Source: Octopus vulgaris
Taxonomy: Eukaryota
Direction of reading: 5' to 3'
NCBI GenBank assembly: GCA_951406725.2
Contig: OX597828.1
Span: 1,302,001 to 1,366,000 of the forward strand
Length of the DNA: 64,000 nucleotides
Shown here: positions 26,001 to 41,000 of the stretch, piece after piece
How the letters are laid out: the number at the start of each line of letters is the position of its first letter
Numbering within the stretch: position 1 is the stretch's first letter
The notes under the pieces: generated by a model
The model's database searches: none
What the model saw: only the letters and a program-made list of their open reading frames with translations
What the model was told of the DNA's origin: nothing
Translations under genes and position numbers: made by a program

Positions 26001-29000
26001 AAGCGCAAAAGTAAAATTGAGGTATATTTCTACCATCTTAAAGCATTTAAAGTCCATTTCTTATGTCAAGGACAATACAGTTTATATAAAACTTATTTTG
26101 TTGGCTAATATACTAGTCATTGCTATAATTTTCTTTTATTGACCTTTGTGTGTGTGTGTGTGGGGAGCATTTTGATTTGTTATAAACATCTTTTCTGCAT
26201 TGTGTTATTGAGTACAGTTGCTCTAGAAGGAGTCATTGTATTTGTATCCAGCGTGCATATAATTGAATTGAAAATCTAAAGACTTTGTTTTAATGCCACG
26301 AACCAGATAATTATCGATTTTAAAAGTGGATGAATGATGAAGCAATCTTTTGAGCGATAACACTTAACTATTTGTGACGAATGTGTTGAATTAGGGAATA
26401 AAGAAAATAATGAAAATGAAGCACTAAATACAAATGAACCAGTGTTTGAAAAAGGAACTACACAAAGATTAATCCAGATATTTCATGTTTATATTATAAA
26501 CTAGCTTGCCCTGTGCCATTAAAAATGACGGCTAATTGTAGCATTTTCATGATGATCATCATCATCATCGTTTAACGTCCGTTTTCCATGGGTTGGACGG
26601 TTCAACTGGGGTCTGGGAAGCCAGAAGGCTGCACCAGGCCAGTCTGATCTGGCAGTATTTCTACAGCTAGATGCCCTTCCTAACGCCAACCACTCCATGA
26701 GTCTAGTGGGTGCTTTTTGCATGCCACTTGCACAGGTGCCAGACGAGGCTGGCAAACAGCCATGATCGGATGGTGCTTTTTACATGCCACCAGCACGGGG
26801 GCCAGACGAGGCTGGCAACGGCCACACTCAGATGGTACTTTTTAAGTGCCACCGGCACGGAGGCCGGTTGGGGCGGCGCTGGCAATGGCCACGTTTGGAT
26901 GGTTCTCTTATGTGCCACCGGCACTGGTATCACAGCTACAATTTCCATTGATGTTGATCGATTTTGATTTTCACTTGCCTCAACAGGTCTTCACAAGTAG
27001 GGTTTGTGTCACAAGAAGGAAAGGTATGCATAAGTGGGCTGGCTACGTCCCAGGTAGAGGCCACGGGTTATGGTCTCACTTGTCCTGCCGGGTCTTCTCA
27101 CGCACAGCATACTTCCAAAGGTCTCGGTCTCTGGTCATTTCCTCGGTGAGACCTAAAGTTCGAAGGTCATGCTTCACCACCTCGTCCCAGGTTTTCCTGG
27201 GTCTACCTCTTCCACAGGTTCCCTCAACCGCTAGGGTGTGGCACTTTTTCACACAACTATCTTCATCCATTCTCGCTACATGACCATACCAGCACAAACG
27301 TCTCTCTTGCACACCACAACTGATGCTTCTTAGGTCCAACTATTCTCTCAAGGTACTTACACTCTGTCGAGTATGAACACTGACATTACACATCCATCGG
27401 AGCATACTGGCTTCATTCCTTGCGAGCTTACGCATATCCTCAGCAGTCACAGCCCAAGTTTCACTGCCATTTAGCATGGCTGTTCGTACACATGCGTCAT
27501 ACAGTCTGCCTTTTACTCTGAGCGAGAGGCCCTTTGTCACCAGCAGAGGTAAGAGCTCTCTGAACTTTGCCCAGGCTATTCTTACTCTAGCAGTTACACT
27601 TTCAGCACACCCACCCCAACTTCTGACTCGGTCACCTAGGTAACGGAAGCTATCAACTACTTCTAGTTTTTCTCCCTGGAATTTGGCGGAAGTTGTTCTC
27701 TGCACATTTTCAGTGCTATTTATAGCTCCTGAGCATCTTTCACATACAAAAACTATCTTCCCAGTTAGCCTTCCTTTGACATTGCTGTACCTTTTGTGTC
27801 CATAGCTTACACTTGGTGCATCTTATAGAGTTTCTACCTACGCCTTTTCTACAGATCGAGCAGGGACATCTACCTGAAGGCGTTTGTGATTTGCCTGCCT
27901 TCCTACATATTAGGACTTTGGTTTTAGCTAGGTTGATTTTAAGGCCCTTCGATTCTAATCCTTGTCTCCACACTTGAAATTTTGCCTCTTGTTCTGATAG
28001 TGACTCAGCAATTAGAGCAAGATCATCAGCATATAGTAGCTCCCAGGGGCATCCTGTCTTGAATTCCTCCGTTATTGCTTGGAGGACTATGATAAATAGG
28101 AAGGGTCTGAGGACTGAACCTTGGTGGACCCCTACCTCTACCCTGAATTCTTTAGTGTACTCGTTGCCAACCCTCACTTTACTTACAGCGTCTCTGTACA
28201 TGGCTTGCACAGCGCTCACTAACCATCCATCTATCCCTAGTTTCCTCATTGACCACCAGATAAGGGATCGGGGGACCCTGTCAAAGGCTTTCTCCATGTC
28301 AACGAAAGCCAGGTACAGGGGCTTATCCTTGGCTAGGTATTTCTCCTGCAGCTGTTTCACCAGAAATATGGCATCAGTGGTGCTTTTCCCTGGCACGAAA
28401 CCAAACTGCATCTCATCCAAGTTGACTCTCTCCCTAATCAGCTGGGCTATGACCTTCTCCGTAACCTTCATTACCTGATCCAACAGCTTGATACCTCTGT
28501 AATTATTTGTATCTAAAGCGTCACCTTTACCTTTGTAGCAGTTGACTATTATGCTGCTACACCAGTCATTGGGTATGACTCCTTCATGTATCACCTGGTT
28601 AACTATATGGGTGACTTGGCTATAGCCGACACTACCAGATATTTTAAGCATCTCTGCAGTAATTCCTGATGGTCCTGGGGCTTTCCCTGTCTTCATGCTT
28701 CTAATTGCCTTAGCTACTAAGGAACTGTCAACTCGGATAGCTGGTCCCTCTGTTGGGTTTGACATTCGGCAGACTCTCTTTATCCCATTCATTTTCCTTA
28801 TTTAGCAGCCTCTCATAATGGTGTCTCCAAACCTCTCTCTTTGCATCCTCATTCAGCGCAAGTGAGCCATCAGCCATGCAAACACATTTCTCTCCTACCA
28901 CATCATGATTCTCTCTCACACACTGTCTTGCAACACAAAATACCTCAAGTCTTTGGTCCTCACGGCGCAGAACATTTGCAAATTTTTTCTTATCTGCTTC

Positions 29001-32000
29001 CCTTCTGGCTAAATAAACCTGTCTCCTAGCTTCTCTTTTGGTAGTCTGATACAATTCCCTGCTACCACCATTTTTCTAGTCCTTCCAAGCCTGTTTCTTT
29101 TCTCTAATAGCCCTGTCTACAACATTGTTCCACCACCATGTTATTTTGGGTCGAGAGGGGACTTTGCACCAGCCACAGATCTGGTCAGTGGCCCTCAGCA
29201 GGTTGTCCCTTAGAAACCTCCAGTTGTCTTCTACCCCATGTGAAGCTATATCGCCTTCTACTTCGTCAAAGGCTTCAAATAATATGTTCCTAAGTCTCTG
29301 TCCATTCGCAGGATCTTTTAACTTCCAGATCCTTCTTCTCCATGTTGGTCGTCTTCTTAGTCCTGATCCTAAAGTCACTAACTACCAGTCTATGCTGTGG
29401 GGTACATTCTTCGCCTGGGAAGGTTTTGGCATTTATAAGCAGCCATCTTTCCCTTTTCCTGGCAAGGATGTAGTCAATTTGGCTGGTATATTGGCCCGAT
29501 CGGTAGGTGGCTTGTAGGTTTCCTGAAGTTAGTTTTGCAAGCCATAAGATCATTTGCATCGCAGAACTCCAGCAGCCTGGTTACCTCCTCGTTGCGGGAA
29601 CCATAACCATAGCCTCCATGTACACCATGGAAGCCCCCAGAATGTCATCCAACATGACCATTGAAGTCACCAGCCACAAAGAGAAGGTCTCTGTTGTTCA
29701 TCAACGAGGTAGTCTGCAGTAGGGTGTCATAGAATCAGTCTTTCTGTCCATCGGGTAGCCCCGGCTGAGGGGGCATAGGCTGATATAATGGTTGCTAATC
29801 CATGATGAAGCACTAATCTAATCTTAAGTATTCTGTCACTTACTCTGATTACCTCTATTACCTTATCTACCCATTTTTCAGCGAGAAGTATACCCACGCC
29901 ACCAACCCCATCAGTGTTCCCTGCCCAGAAAATCTTGTACCTGTGTTCTTTGCCTGTGAGGAACCTAGCAGAACCTCCTCTCCACCTTACTTCTTGGATG
30001 CAGCACATATCAACACATCTACGTTCAAGCATTTCAACAATCTCACCAGACCTATCTGTCAGTGTGCCGACGTTGAGAGTGCCAACTCTGAGGGTGTGGG
30101 AGGTATGGGCCCTAGAGACCCTGGGGCGGGGAACAGTGGCGTTATGTACCTGAAAAGAGAGCTCACATTTGGCAGAATTCATAAGCAAACAATAATCTCA
30201 ATAAGTTCAACCTGCATACACTAAACTATCATGTTTTGCACTGTATGATCACTACCTTATATAGTAGGGGTGGGGTTGGCGTTAGGCCTTTAGCTGTTCA
30301 TGGGAGACAAGCAAGGAAGACGAGATAGAGACTTCCAGTTCAAGTGGAGGGGGTGGGAGGGCGGGCGCACTGCCGCAAACTGGCAGCCATGGGCTAGAAA
30401 GTAAGGGACGGAAAAGGCTGATAGATAGATAGGCATATAGTGTAGGAATTAGATAGACAGGGTGAAGGACGATAGATGAGCCAGTGGGTGGGGGTCAGAA
30501 CACGCGAGAGGGAGGGATGGTTCCTGGATTTGGAGGAAGACGAAATTAGAGACAAGGACTGTGAACAACGTGTGATAAGTTTGAGTGAAAGAATATGTTG
30601 GAAATTAAAGAAATGCATGACCTGGGGTTAAGACGAAAGGATGTGAAAGAATATGTTGAAAATTAAAGAAATGCATAAAGTTCAAAACCAAGTTTTTAGT
30701 TTAATAATTCTTTTATTACCAAATTTTTTTTGTGAAAAATCTATCTGCAAGTAACATCCCTTGACTGCTTGTTTCCTTCAAACAAATTTTAAAGGTTTTT
30801 CCTTCCTTCTTGTATGACTTAAGGCCACATAAAGCTGGCCACGACTAAATATGGGAGCTTGCAAGTAAATACCAACTTTTTCAAAGTGACGTTTCCTTTC
30901 AACTATACTCTCAATTACTGAAACCAGCCTAAACTCATACAACTTAAAGCCTCAAAAAGCAGTCCATGACATATAGTTGATGTTGTAAAAACTCCCCTAT
31001 TCAAAATTTATTACATAAATTTCTTAATATAAATAAATTAGGCAGATGAATGAACTGTTAAATGTGTATTTATAATATACTTTTCAACTGCAGTCGTTTT
31101 ATATTCTTGATACACTCAGGCAATAATTATTTTCTCTAATGTGTTTGTATATGTTTGTGTAGATGTGTGTAATTGTAATAATTATTTGTAACACATCAGA
31201 TAATATATGGATGGTAATTCAAATTAATGCACTTCTCAATGTTATCTCTTTGGAGATGTGACATCGATCATCATTTTTTACTGAAAGGACACTGGTTCAC
31301 ACATACAAACTTTCACATACTTCCCTTGTACACACACACAAAGTTGAAACGATGTTTGATTTTTCTTTTCAGCATTGAATGTTCACCATCCCACTTCCAT
31401 TGCACACACACACAAATATTATTATATTATGAGATAATTATTTATACTTTTTTTTTTGATTTGGTAGTTCTGTTGACCTAACAGAAAGCACTTGGTGGAT
31501 ATCTTACGAATTGCTTTCTACAGAGTGATCATTGCATAAAAGGGAAAGAAGATACAATATCCATCCAAAAATAAAAGCATTTTAAAGAATTCAATACATC
31601 AATTAGATTATAGTTGGGAGATAACAGTTTACTCAAATCAAAGTAGCCACCCTCAGCTTTTCCCACAGCCTGAAGATGGTTCTGGAACCTGGTGCATGTG
31701 TTCTTTATCTAAAGAATGTATATTCCTTGTTTCATAATTGCCGTATTTCATTGATGTAAATTCAATATCTTGGATATTGAACACTACAGTAGTCCCTTAT
31801 TATTACTGATTCTTCTTGTTTTTCAATTTGGCTTTAGCTACCACCTTAATAATGTTATTGTTGATCAACTCTGAATTGAGCAGGATGTACTATCAAATTG
31901 CATTGTAGCAATAATGATCTCAGTTTTAGGGTTTTCGTAGGGCTGCATTACCCAACGTGTTCTTTCCTTCCCCAAGACCTGAGGACATGGTTTCAGATGA

Positions 32001-35000
32001 GTTTGGCTGCTAATTCTAGCAGATCAAGCTACCATTGCCTTCATAGTCTAAGGAGAAGTGATCTTTTTTTGCATCACAAAGCTCACAGTTAACCTGTTGA
32101 GCATATTGTTTACTACCTTATACTTTGTGTTTATAAGAAATTGTTGTTTCTAAAGTACACATTATTAAAGTTAAACTACTTCAAACATTTTCTTTTTATG
32201 TGATACATCTACCACTAATAAAAATTGCAAATGGTAAAATATTAACTGATAGTGTCTAAGGGAAAGTCACAGCTTTAAGCCACATTCAAAAGAGGTCATG
32301 AGTAATGAAAGGTTAAAAATCACTGATCTAGAGCAGTATGGAAGCTTCCAAAGGAGATCCTTTGTTTCCCGGTGTTAGACAGCTATCAGTTATTTCAGCT
32401 TTGTTGTTGAACTGGTGTATGAAATAGAGTATAGTTTGATTTTAGTATTGATTCTGTGCACACACACACACACACACAACACAAAATAAAGAAAAGAAAT
32501 GGTTGGAAAGTATGCCAGCTTTGTAGCCATGATAGCAGTTTTAAAAACTAAATTGTTACTTTTTCTATTTTTCTTCTAGGTGTCTGAGGGAAGTAAAAGA
32601 GCACGTCAGTCATTAAATGCAAAATGGCATAGTTCTGCTGGTTTTGATGATACCTTTTCATTAATGTCACCCGAAACGCCAGTAAGTACTACTATTCAAC
32701 ATCAATGCAAACAAAACATTGTTTTATAAACGAGATACATTTATAAAACATTGTATTGAAATGATTTCACCTGATTTTTGTATCCATTTTCCATGCTAGC
32801 ATGAGTGGACTATTACCTTTTCACTCCAATTTTGACATTTGTGTATCACTAGGCCTTGTATCCACTGTGCTATTTTTTTAAATACTGTTCACATAACCAT
32901 GGAATAGAAGTGAAGCAAATTGCTCTAAGATTCCTACCTTAGTAGTCATGGCAGGGTAACCATTCACAAGTTTTTCAGTACATCTATTGATATATCTTTT
33001 GATAGATAGATGGCTAGGTAAATAAAAAGATATAATATAAATAGAGGTATAATATTTTACAAGTGTTTTTTTTTAATGAAATAATACTCATCAATCATCA
33101 TTTTAACATCTATTTTTCCATTTTTTGTTTAGGCAAAATTTGTTGATACTCCTCCTATTGTCAATCCTCTTCTGTTTCCAAATAAAGAAGTATTTTCTCT
33201 GGCCCTTCAAACAACAAATGGCTTAATTCCTTGCAAGCTGACGTATGTCCTCAGCAGTCAAGGCCATGTAGCATAGCTGTTCGCACACATGCATCATACT
33301 GTCTACCTTTTACTCTGAGTGAGAGGCCCTTTATCACCAGCATCGGTAAGAGCTCTCTGAACTTTGCCCAGGCTATTCTTATTTTAGCAGCTACATTTTC
33401 AGAGCATCCACCCCCACTACTGACTTGGTCACCTAGGTAATGGAAGCTATCAACTACTTGTAGTTGTTTCCCCCTGACATGTGATGGAAGCTGTTCTCTG
33501 TACGTTTTTAGTGTTTATTGCTCCTGAGCATCAGCCACATACAGAAACTATCTTCCCAGTTAGCCTTCCTTTGATATTGCTGCACCTCTTATGTGTCCAT
33601 AGCTTACACTGGGTACATCTTATGGAGTTTCTACCTGAAGGGATTTATGGTTTGTCTGCCTTCCTACTTATTAAGACTTTGTTTTTTGCTAGGTTGACTC
33701 TAAGGCCCTTCAATTCTAATCCTTGCTTCCACACCTGAAACTTCTCTAGTTCTGATAGTGACTCAACAGTTAGAGCAAGGTCATCAGCATAGAGAAGCTC
33801 CCAGGGGCATCCTGTCTTGAATTCCTCCATTATTGCCTGGAGGACTATAATGAAAAAGAGGGGGCTGAGGACTGATCCTTGGTGGAGGCCTACCCCTACT
33901 TGGAATTCTTCACTGTACTCGTTGTCAACCCTCACCTTACTGACAGTATCCCTGTACATGGCTTGCACGGCTCTCACTAACCATTCATCTATCACTAGTT
34001 TCCTGATTGGGGAACCCTGTCAAAGGCTTGCACGGCTCTCACTAACCATTCATCTATTCCTAGTTTCCTGATTGGGGGACCCTGTCAAAGGCTTTCTCCA
34101 TGTCAATGAAAGCCAGGTACAGGGGCTTATCCTTGGCTAGGTATTTCACCTGCAGCTGCCTTACCAGAAATATAGCATCAGTGGTGCTTTTCCCTGGCAC
34201 GAACCCAAACTGCATCTCATCTAGACTGACCCTCTCCCTAATTAGCTGGGCTATGATCCTCTCGTTACTTTCATTACCTGATCCAACAACTTGCTACATC
34301 TGTAATTATTTGTATCTCAAGCATCACCTTTACCTTTGTAGCAGTTGACTATTATGCTGCTACACCAGTCATTGGGTATGACTCCTTCATGTATCACCTG
34401 GTTGACTATATGGGTGACTAGACTATAGCCGACACAGCCAGATAATTTAAGCATCTCTGGTGATTTCTGATGGGCCGGGGACTTTCCCTGTCTTCATACC
34501 CTTAATTGCTTTATCTTCGAAGGTACTGTCAACTCAGATAGCTGGTCCCTCTGTTGGGTTGACATTCGGCAAACTCTCTTTCTTCCATTCATTTTTTTTA
34601 TTGAGCAACCTTTCATAGTGGCATCTCCAAGTCTCTCTCCTTGCAGCCTTGTTAAATGCAAGTGAGCTGTCATCCATGCGGACAAATTTCTCTCCTATGA
34701 TATCATGATTCTCTCTCACGCACTGCCTTGCATCATGAAATACCTCAAGTCTTTGGTCTTCACGATGCAGAACATTGGTAACTTTTTTCTTATCTGCTTC
34801 CCTTCTGGCTAAATAAGCCTGTCTCCTAGCTTCCCTTTTGGCAGTCTGATACAATTCCCTGCTACCACTGTTCTTCCAGTCATTCCATACCAGAGGGGAC
34901 TTTTCACCATCCACAGAACTGATCAGTGGCCCTCAACAGGTTGTCCCATAGAAGCCTCCAGTTGTCTTCCACATCATGTGATGCTATATCCCCCTCTATT

Positions 35001-38000
35001 TTGTGAAAGGCTTTGAGTAATACGTCTCTAAATCTTTGTCCATTCACAGGATCCTTAAGCTTCCAGACCCTTCTTGTAAATGCTGGTCGTCTTCTGGGCA
35101 TCCATTTAGCCTGATCCTGAAGTCGCTAGCTACTAATCTGTGTTGTGGGGTGCATTCTTCACCTGGGAAGGTTTTGGGATTTATAAGTAGCTATCTTTCC
35201 CATTTCCTGGTGAGGATTTAGTCAATTTGACTAGTGTGTCTACCAGATCAGTAGGTGAATAGGTGACTGGCAGGTTTCCTGAAGTTAGTGTTACAAACCA
35301 TAAGATCTTTTGCATCACAGAACTCCAGCAGCCTGGTTTCCTCCTCGTTGCGGGAACCAAAACCATAGCCCCCATGTATGTTTGTATAAAAGGAAAAGGA
35401 AACAATATCCCATCCAAAAATATATATATTTATTAAAAAATCAAAATGTATCAACTAGATTATGGCTGGGAGACAATGGTTTACTCAGAGTAGCTGCTCT
35501 CTGCTTCCTCTACTACCTCATGGTGGCCCCAGAACCTGATGCATGCTTTACTCACTGTACTCCTGGGAAGATCTTCAAACACCCCCTTGATCTTGGCCAT
35601 GTACAGGGATATTGTTAATATGGTGATAGTCGCCAATGAATATAGCAAGAATTTTAGTTAACAACTAGGAGTCCACCAAGGTTTGGTTCTTAGCCCCCAC
35701 TTATTTATCATGGTCCTCCAGGTTATAACTGAGCAATTTAAGACTGGCTACTTTTGGAAGCCCCTCTATGCCAATGACCTTGTTCTTATTGCTACCAGAA
35801 TTAGAGAAGAAATTTCAGGTATGGATGTACAGACTAAAATCAAAGGGCCTTAGAGTTAATTTAGCAAAGATCAAAGTCTTAATAAGTAGGAAAATAGACA
35901 AATTACAGATCTCTTGAGGAAGATGGCCCTGCTTGATATGTAGAAAAGGTGTTGGAGAAATTCTATATGGTGTCCCAGTGCAAGCTATGGATATGTAAGA
36001 GGTGCAACGGTATCATTGGAAAACTAACAGAGAAAGCAGTCTTTACATGTGGCAGATGTGCAGGTAGATTAAACACCAGGTATGTTGAAAAAAAAAATAG
36101 ACTCCTTCAAATGTCACTGGTGATTCTTAGAGGTAGTAGACAGTTTCTGTTACTTAGGTGTCCAAGTTGGTAGTGGAGAAGGTTGTTCTGAAAGCACAGC
36201 TGCTAGTATAAGAATAGGCTGCGTGAAGTTCAGAAAGCTACTACCTCTGTTAGTAATGAAGGCAGGTTCTATGATGTCCCTGTATGAACAGCTGTGCTAC
36301 ATGGCAATGAGACATGGGCTGTAACTACTGAAAATATGCAAAGGCTTGAAAGAAATGAAGCCAGTATGCTCTGCTGGATGGATAATGTCTGTATGCATAT
36401 ATGACAGAATGTAAGTGATTTGAGAGAAAAACTGGGTATACGAGGCATCAGTTGTAGTGTGCAAGAGAGAAGACTGTGCTGGAATGGCCATGTAATGCAT
36501 ATGAAGGCAGTTGCATCAAGAGGTGCCCATCACTTATTGTAGAAGGAACATGTCGAATGGGTAGACCCAGGAAGATGTGGGACTTAGTAGTAAAAAAGGA
36601 TCTACTGATGTTGGGACTTGCAGAGATGACGAGGTCGAGACTCCTGGCAGTTTGCTTTGCTTGAAAAGGCACATGAAGCTAAGTAAAGGCATGGTTGTCC
36701 TTGCATGCAGGCTGTCCCCTGCATCCCCCTCTAGCTGAGCATTCCTAACCTTGCTGGCTCGTGGGTGTTGGTGCTATGTAAAAAGCATCAAGGAAACACT
36801 TTAAAGTGGTTGGCATTAGGAAGGGCATCCAGCCATAGAAACCATGCCAAATCATATGGATCTTGGACTGCTCTTCTGCTGGCCAACTCCTGTCACACCA
36901 TCCAACCCATGCCAGGATGGAAAACAGATGTTAAATGATAATGATAATGAGAAGGAAAAAATATCCAAGAATCAAGCTAGCACCTAGTTTAGTAAGCACC
37001 TAGTTCCCTCAGTGACTAGCAAAATCACTGATGGGTAATGTCAGTATGCACGTAAAACAGTGTAAATGATTTAAGAGAAAAATTGGGCATAAGAGACATC
37101 AGGTGTTATGTGCTCTGGTAGGACAAGTGCATAAAGAAGTGCCGATCTCTAATTGTGGAGGGAACCTATGGAAGGGTTGGGCCCAGGAAGATGTGGAATG
37201 AAGTGGTAAGAAATGATCTTCAAACATTAGGCAACACTGAGATGAGAAGGGATTGAGACTTCTGGCCATCCATATATGCAGGCATGGGCCTGTAGGTACT
37301 GGTGCCTTGTAAAAATCACCTGTTTCGGCGTCTCATTAAAAGCACCTGTGCTGATGCCATGTAGAAAAGCACCCATTCCAGTGCCACCTAAGATGCATTC
37401 ATGCTGGTGTCACATAAAAAGCAACCATGCTGGTGCCACGTATGAAGCATTTTGGTATGACCAAGTAAAAATTACCCTGTATATTCTGTAAAGTGGTTGG
37501 CATTATGAAGGGCATCCAGCCATAGAAACCATGCCAAAACAGATAATTGGAGCCTGAGCAGCTCTTCATCTGGCCATCTCCTATGCCAGTATGGAAAATG
37601 AACATCAATCCTTTTGTTACCATATTTCTGTTGAGATGTTCTGTGTTTCTTTCAATTAATTTTAAATATAACAAAGAATTTGGTAGAATAAGTTATCATT
37701 AAGCTAGTGTTAGGAACATGAATTGTGACTAAGGTTCAGTGGAAGATTTTAATTCAGAACTTTTGAAAACAAGACATTTGTACTACAGAACCAGAGGCAG
37801 TTTCAGGTGGGCTTCAAAAGGGTTAAATAATGATAATATATATACACATATATAAATGTATGTGTGTATGTATGCATCTTGTCAAGATAGAATTGTAATT
37901 CATTCTGTGATGTTGATATGTGCAATCTAATTAATGGTAGAAAACATAATGAATTTACTAGAACTATAAAAGAAAAATCATGTCTCTGAGGTTTTCTGTG

Positions 38001-41000
38001 AACCTACCAGCCAGTCAGTAGCCAGTTTGTCTGATATAGAAAAGATTGCAGAGCACATATCTTAGGTTAGTGGAGGTGCAGTGGAAAGAGTCGCTAATAC
38101 GGAAAATGTGGTGTTCCGGTCCATTAGGTAAGCATGTAATTGGAAAGGTAAATATAACAGGGGGGGGGGGATATAGAAGGAATCTAAATGGGGAAGGTGG
38201 TGGTGTGTGTACCTGTGCAAGTATGTATGATTTTTTATTTGTTTGAGTCATTTGACTGTGGCCATGCTGGAGCACTGAGAGAGTATTCAGAATATTTAGT
38301 GCAGTATAGGTGAAAGATTGTTTTTGTGGTAAGAAGTTTGTTTCTTCAACCATGTGATTTTGGGTTCAGTCCCATTGCGTGGTACCTTGGGCAAGTATCT
38401 TCTATTAATAGCCTTGGACCAACCATAGCCTTGTGAGTGGAACTGGAAAAAGCCATTTTCCGCATTAGATACTCTTTCCACTGCACCTTGACTAACCTAA
38501 GATATGTGCTCTGCAATCTTTTTTATATCAGACAAACTGGCTACTGACTGGCTGGTAGGTTCACAGAAAACCTCAGAGACATGATTTTTCTTTTATAGTT
38601 CTAGTAAATTCATTATGTAACTTTACTCTCTGTGTTTGTCCTCTACAAATTGTTGGACAACCAGTGTTGGTTTGTTTATGCCCTGTAACTTAGTGGTTTG
38701 GCTAAAGCGACTGATAGGATAAGTACCAGTCTTTAAAAAAATGTCAGTACTGGGATAGTATGTTCAGCTAAAACCCTTGAAGGTAGTGCCCTAGCGTATC
38801 CACACTCCAATGACTGAAATAAGTAAGATAAAATTTTCCCCCTTCTGTCTAGTGGATGTAGTTCTTGGAGAGAGGATGAAATGTTTCTCAGAAAAATTAT
38901 TATTAGAGCAAGTCTTTTTACTCCATTGATCCATGCAGGTAAATATATAGTGTGCTTCAGAGATATTTTCAACTGAATTGTTCTCTAGTTTTGAAATGCA
39001 CTCTGGCGATGCAGTTTCATTTCTGTTTCCAAAGGAACATATGTGCTGGTTGTAGATGGATAAATGTCTTCTGTGCATCCTGTATAGTTCTTATGCATAC
39101 TATTATTTGGTGTTATGGTCATTTTGTGCGAAAATCTACATGTTGGCTTTTGTATAGTTATAGCAGATTAATGTTTGCTTTTGTTTGTGATCTGTGGTGT
39201 TGTCCAAGCAACTAAAGCTGGCTTTTGAATTATTATAGTTGAAAAAATTGCGATTTATGTGACTGGAAAATGTTTATCTAGTTCTTAGTAGAATGACTTG
39301 AACCCTATTTAATATTGTATTTGCTGGACTCGCATAGGTGCCCCTATGAAATTATTCCTTAATGCCAATTTTTTTTTTTAGTTCATGATTGTAATAGAGT
39401 GTGGCACATGGATTGGATATTCTTCTAGTTCCTTAGACTAAAGTTTTTATTATGGCTGGTCAATGGTTGTGGTTTTTATGTATGTAGCTTTTGCATTTTC
39501 TTTTCTGCATGGTTAGTGCTTGCCTGTGGTCAGGCTTAGAGGAGTTTCATGAAAATTTATTGTACATGATAATGTCTTATTCTTTTTTTCTCTGCTGTAA
39601 TCACTTTTCCATTTTTGCTTTTAACTATAATCTTTAAAAAATCTTGTGTTATTATTAGAGCAAGTCATTAGTTAGTGATGATAGTTTACTCTTGTCACCT
39701 GCATATTTGATGAAAGAAACTTTGGCTGAAGGACAGCTGGAAGGTGTATGCAGATTGCCTAAATCCCCTCCATTGGTAAGTAATTCAATTTTTAAAACGC
39801 TGCTAAAACAAATAAATACACAATAAAAATACCCACATCCAATCCAAATTCAAGAAGATTCAGTACAAAAATGTGGCAGTGAAAATGTCTACATTGTTTA
39901 TTGCAAATAAATTTAGCATTAGGACTAAGCTTAATCTTTGTCTTATTAAAATAAAATTTTCTTATATGTTGTTTGGAAATCTCGTGAATGATAATATTTA
40001 TAAATGATATTACAAGGTAATCTCTATATAAAACTGAGAATGTGTCTGTCTGTCTATGTGTTTCCCTAAAACTTGAGAACTACACAACCAATTTCATTCA
40101 AATTTTACACATGCCTTACTTAGGGTCCATGTAGTTTCATGGGCAAAAAAAAATGTTCAACTTCTTGCCTAGGGCGAGCCCATAGCAATATCATATCTTC
40201 TCCACTATTTCAGTATTACGTGTTAAAAGTGAAACAAAAACATTTCTCTATTTTATGTCAGATGCTTTCACTTTAACAATAAAAATAATAATTGAATTAT
40301 ATGTAGTAAGTAATAATTAAAATCAAACTAAAGTATAATATAATCGTAACATAACAAAAGTAAAACTAGCAATTGGTATAAAATTGCATCAAGGATTTGA
40401 ATTTGAATAAGGGGTTTCACATGAATGGGAATAAATTAAAAATAAAATTAGCGTGCAGAAATGGAATAGTCCTACAATTCTAGTCTGTTATATATTTTCA
40501 GTATTGTTATCACTAGCGATATCAAGATATAACTTTGTATTTTGTATTTTATGTGTAGATGTATATATATATAGATGTACATGTAATATGTACACATATA
40601 TACATGAACTAGCACTATGACCCGGCAAAGACGGGTCGTAATGCTAGTTACAATATAATATTATGATTTTAAAATTGCTATGAATTTATGATCTGATTTA
40701 GAATTACTACCCTATTTACATCCATTTTTCCATGTTTGCAAGGATCTTTTCCTGCACAGCATCTCACAAGCAGGGAATCTGGTTGAGGCCTCCTATTTAA
40801 CCTCTTGTAGATAGCATACATCCACTCTTCTCTGCAGTGTCTTTAGATCTACCAGCAGTCATAGTGATAGCCCTGAAGCTTTGGGCTTGGAAGAAAGAGT
40901 AGATTTTTGGGTGGGTTGGAATACAAACAGTACTTTGGAGTTGGAATATTTATATAAGATTGTAATTTTATTTTTAAATAATTTCCTATATCTTACTGTG

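Noticed and set aside
30260-30393. HDV-like ribozyme at the RTE 5' end
   Set aside because: Only a short ctgcc/ggcag hairpin visible; I could not build the double pseudoknot.
30585-30676. 34-bp direct repeat with 58-bp period beyond the RTE 5' end
   Set aside because: No sequence relation to the 58-bp duplication at 50733; the equal period is probably coincidence.
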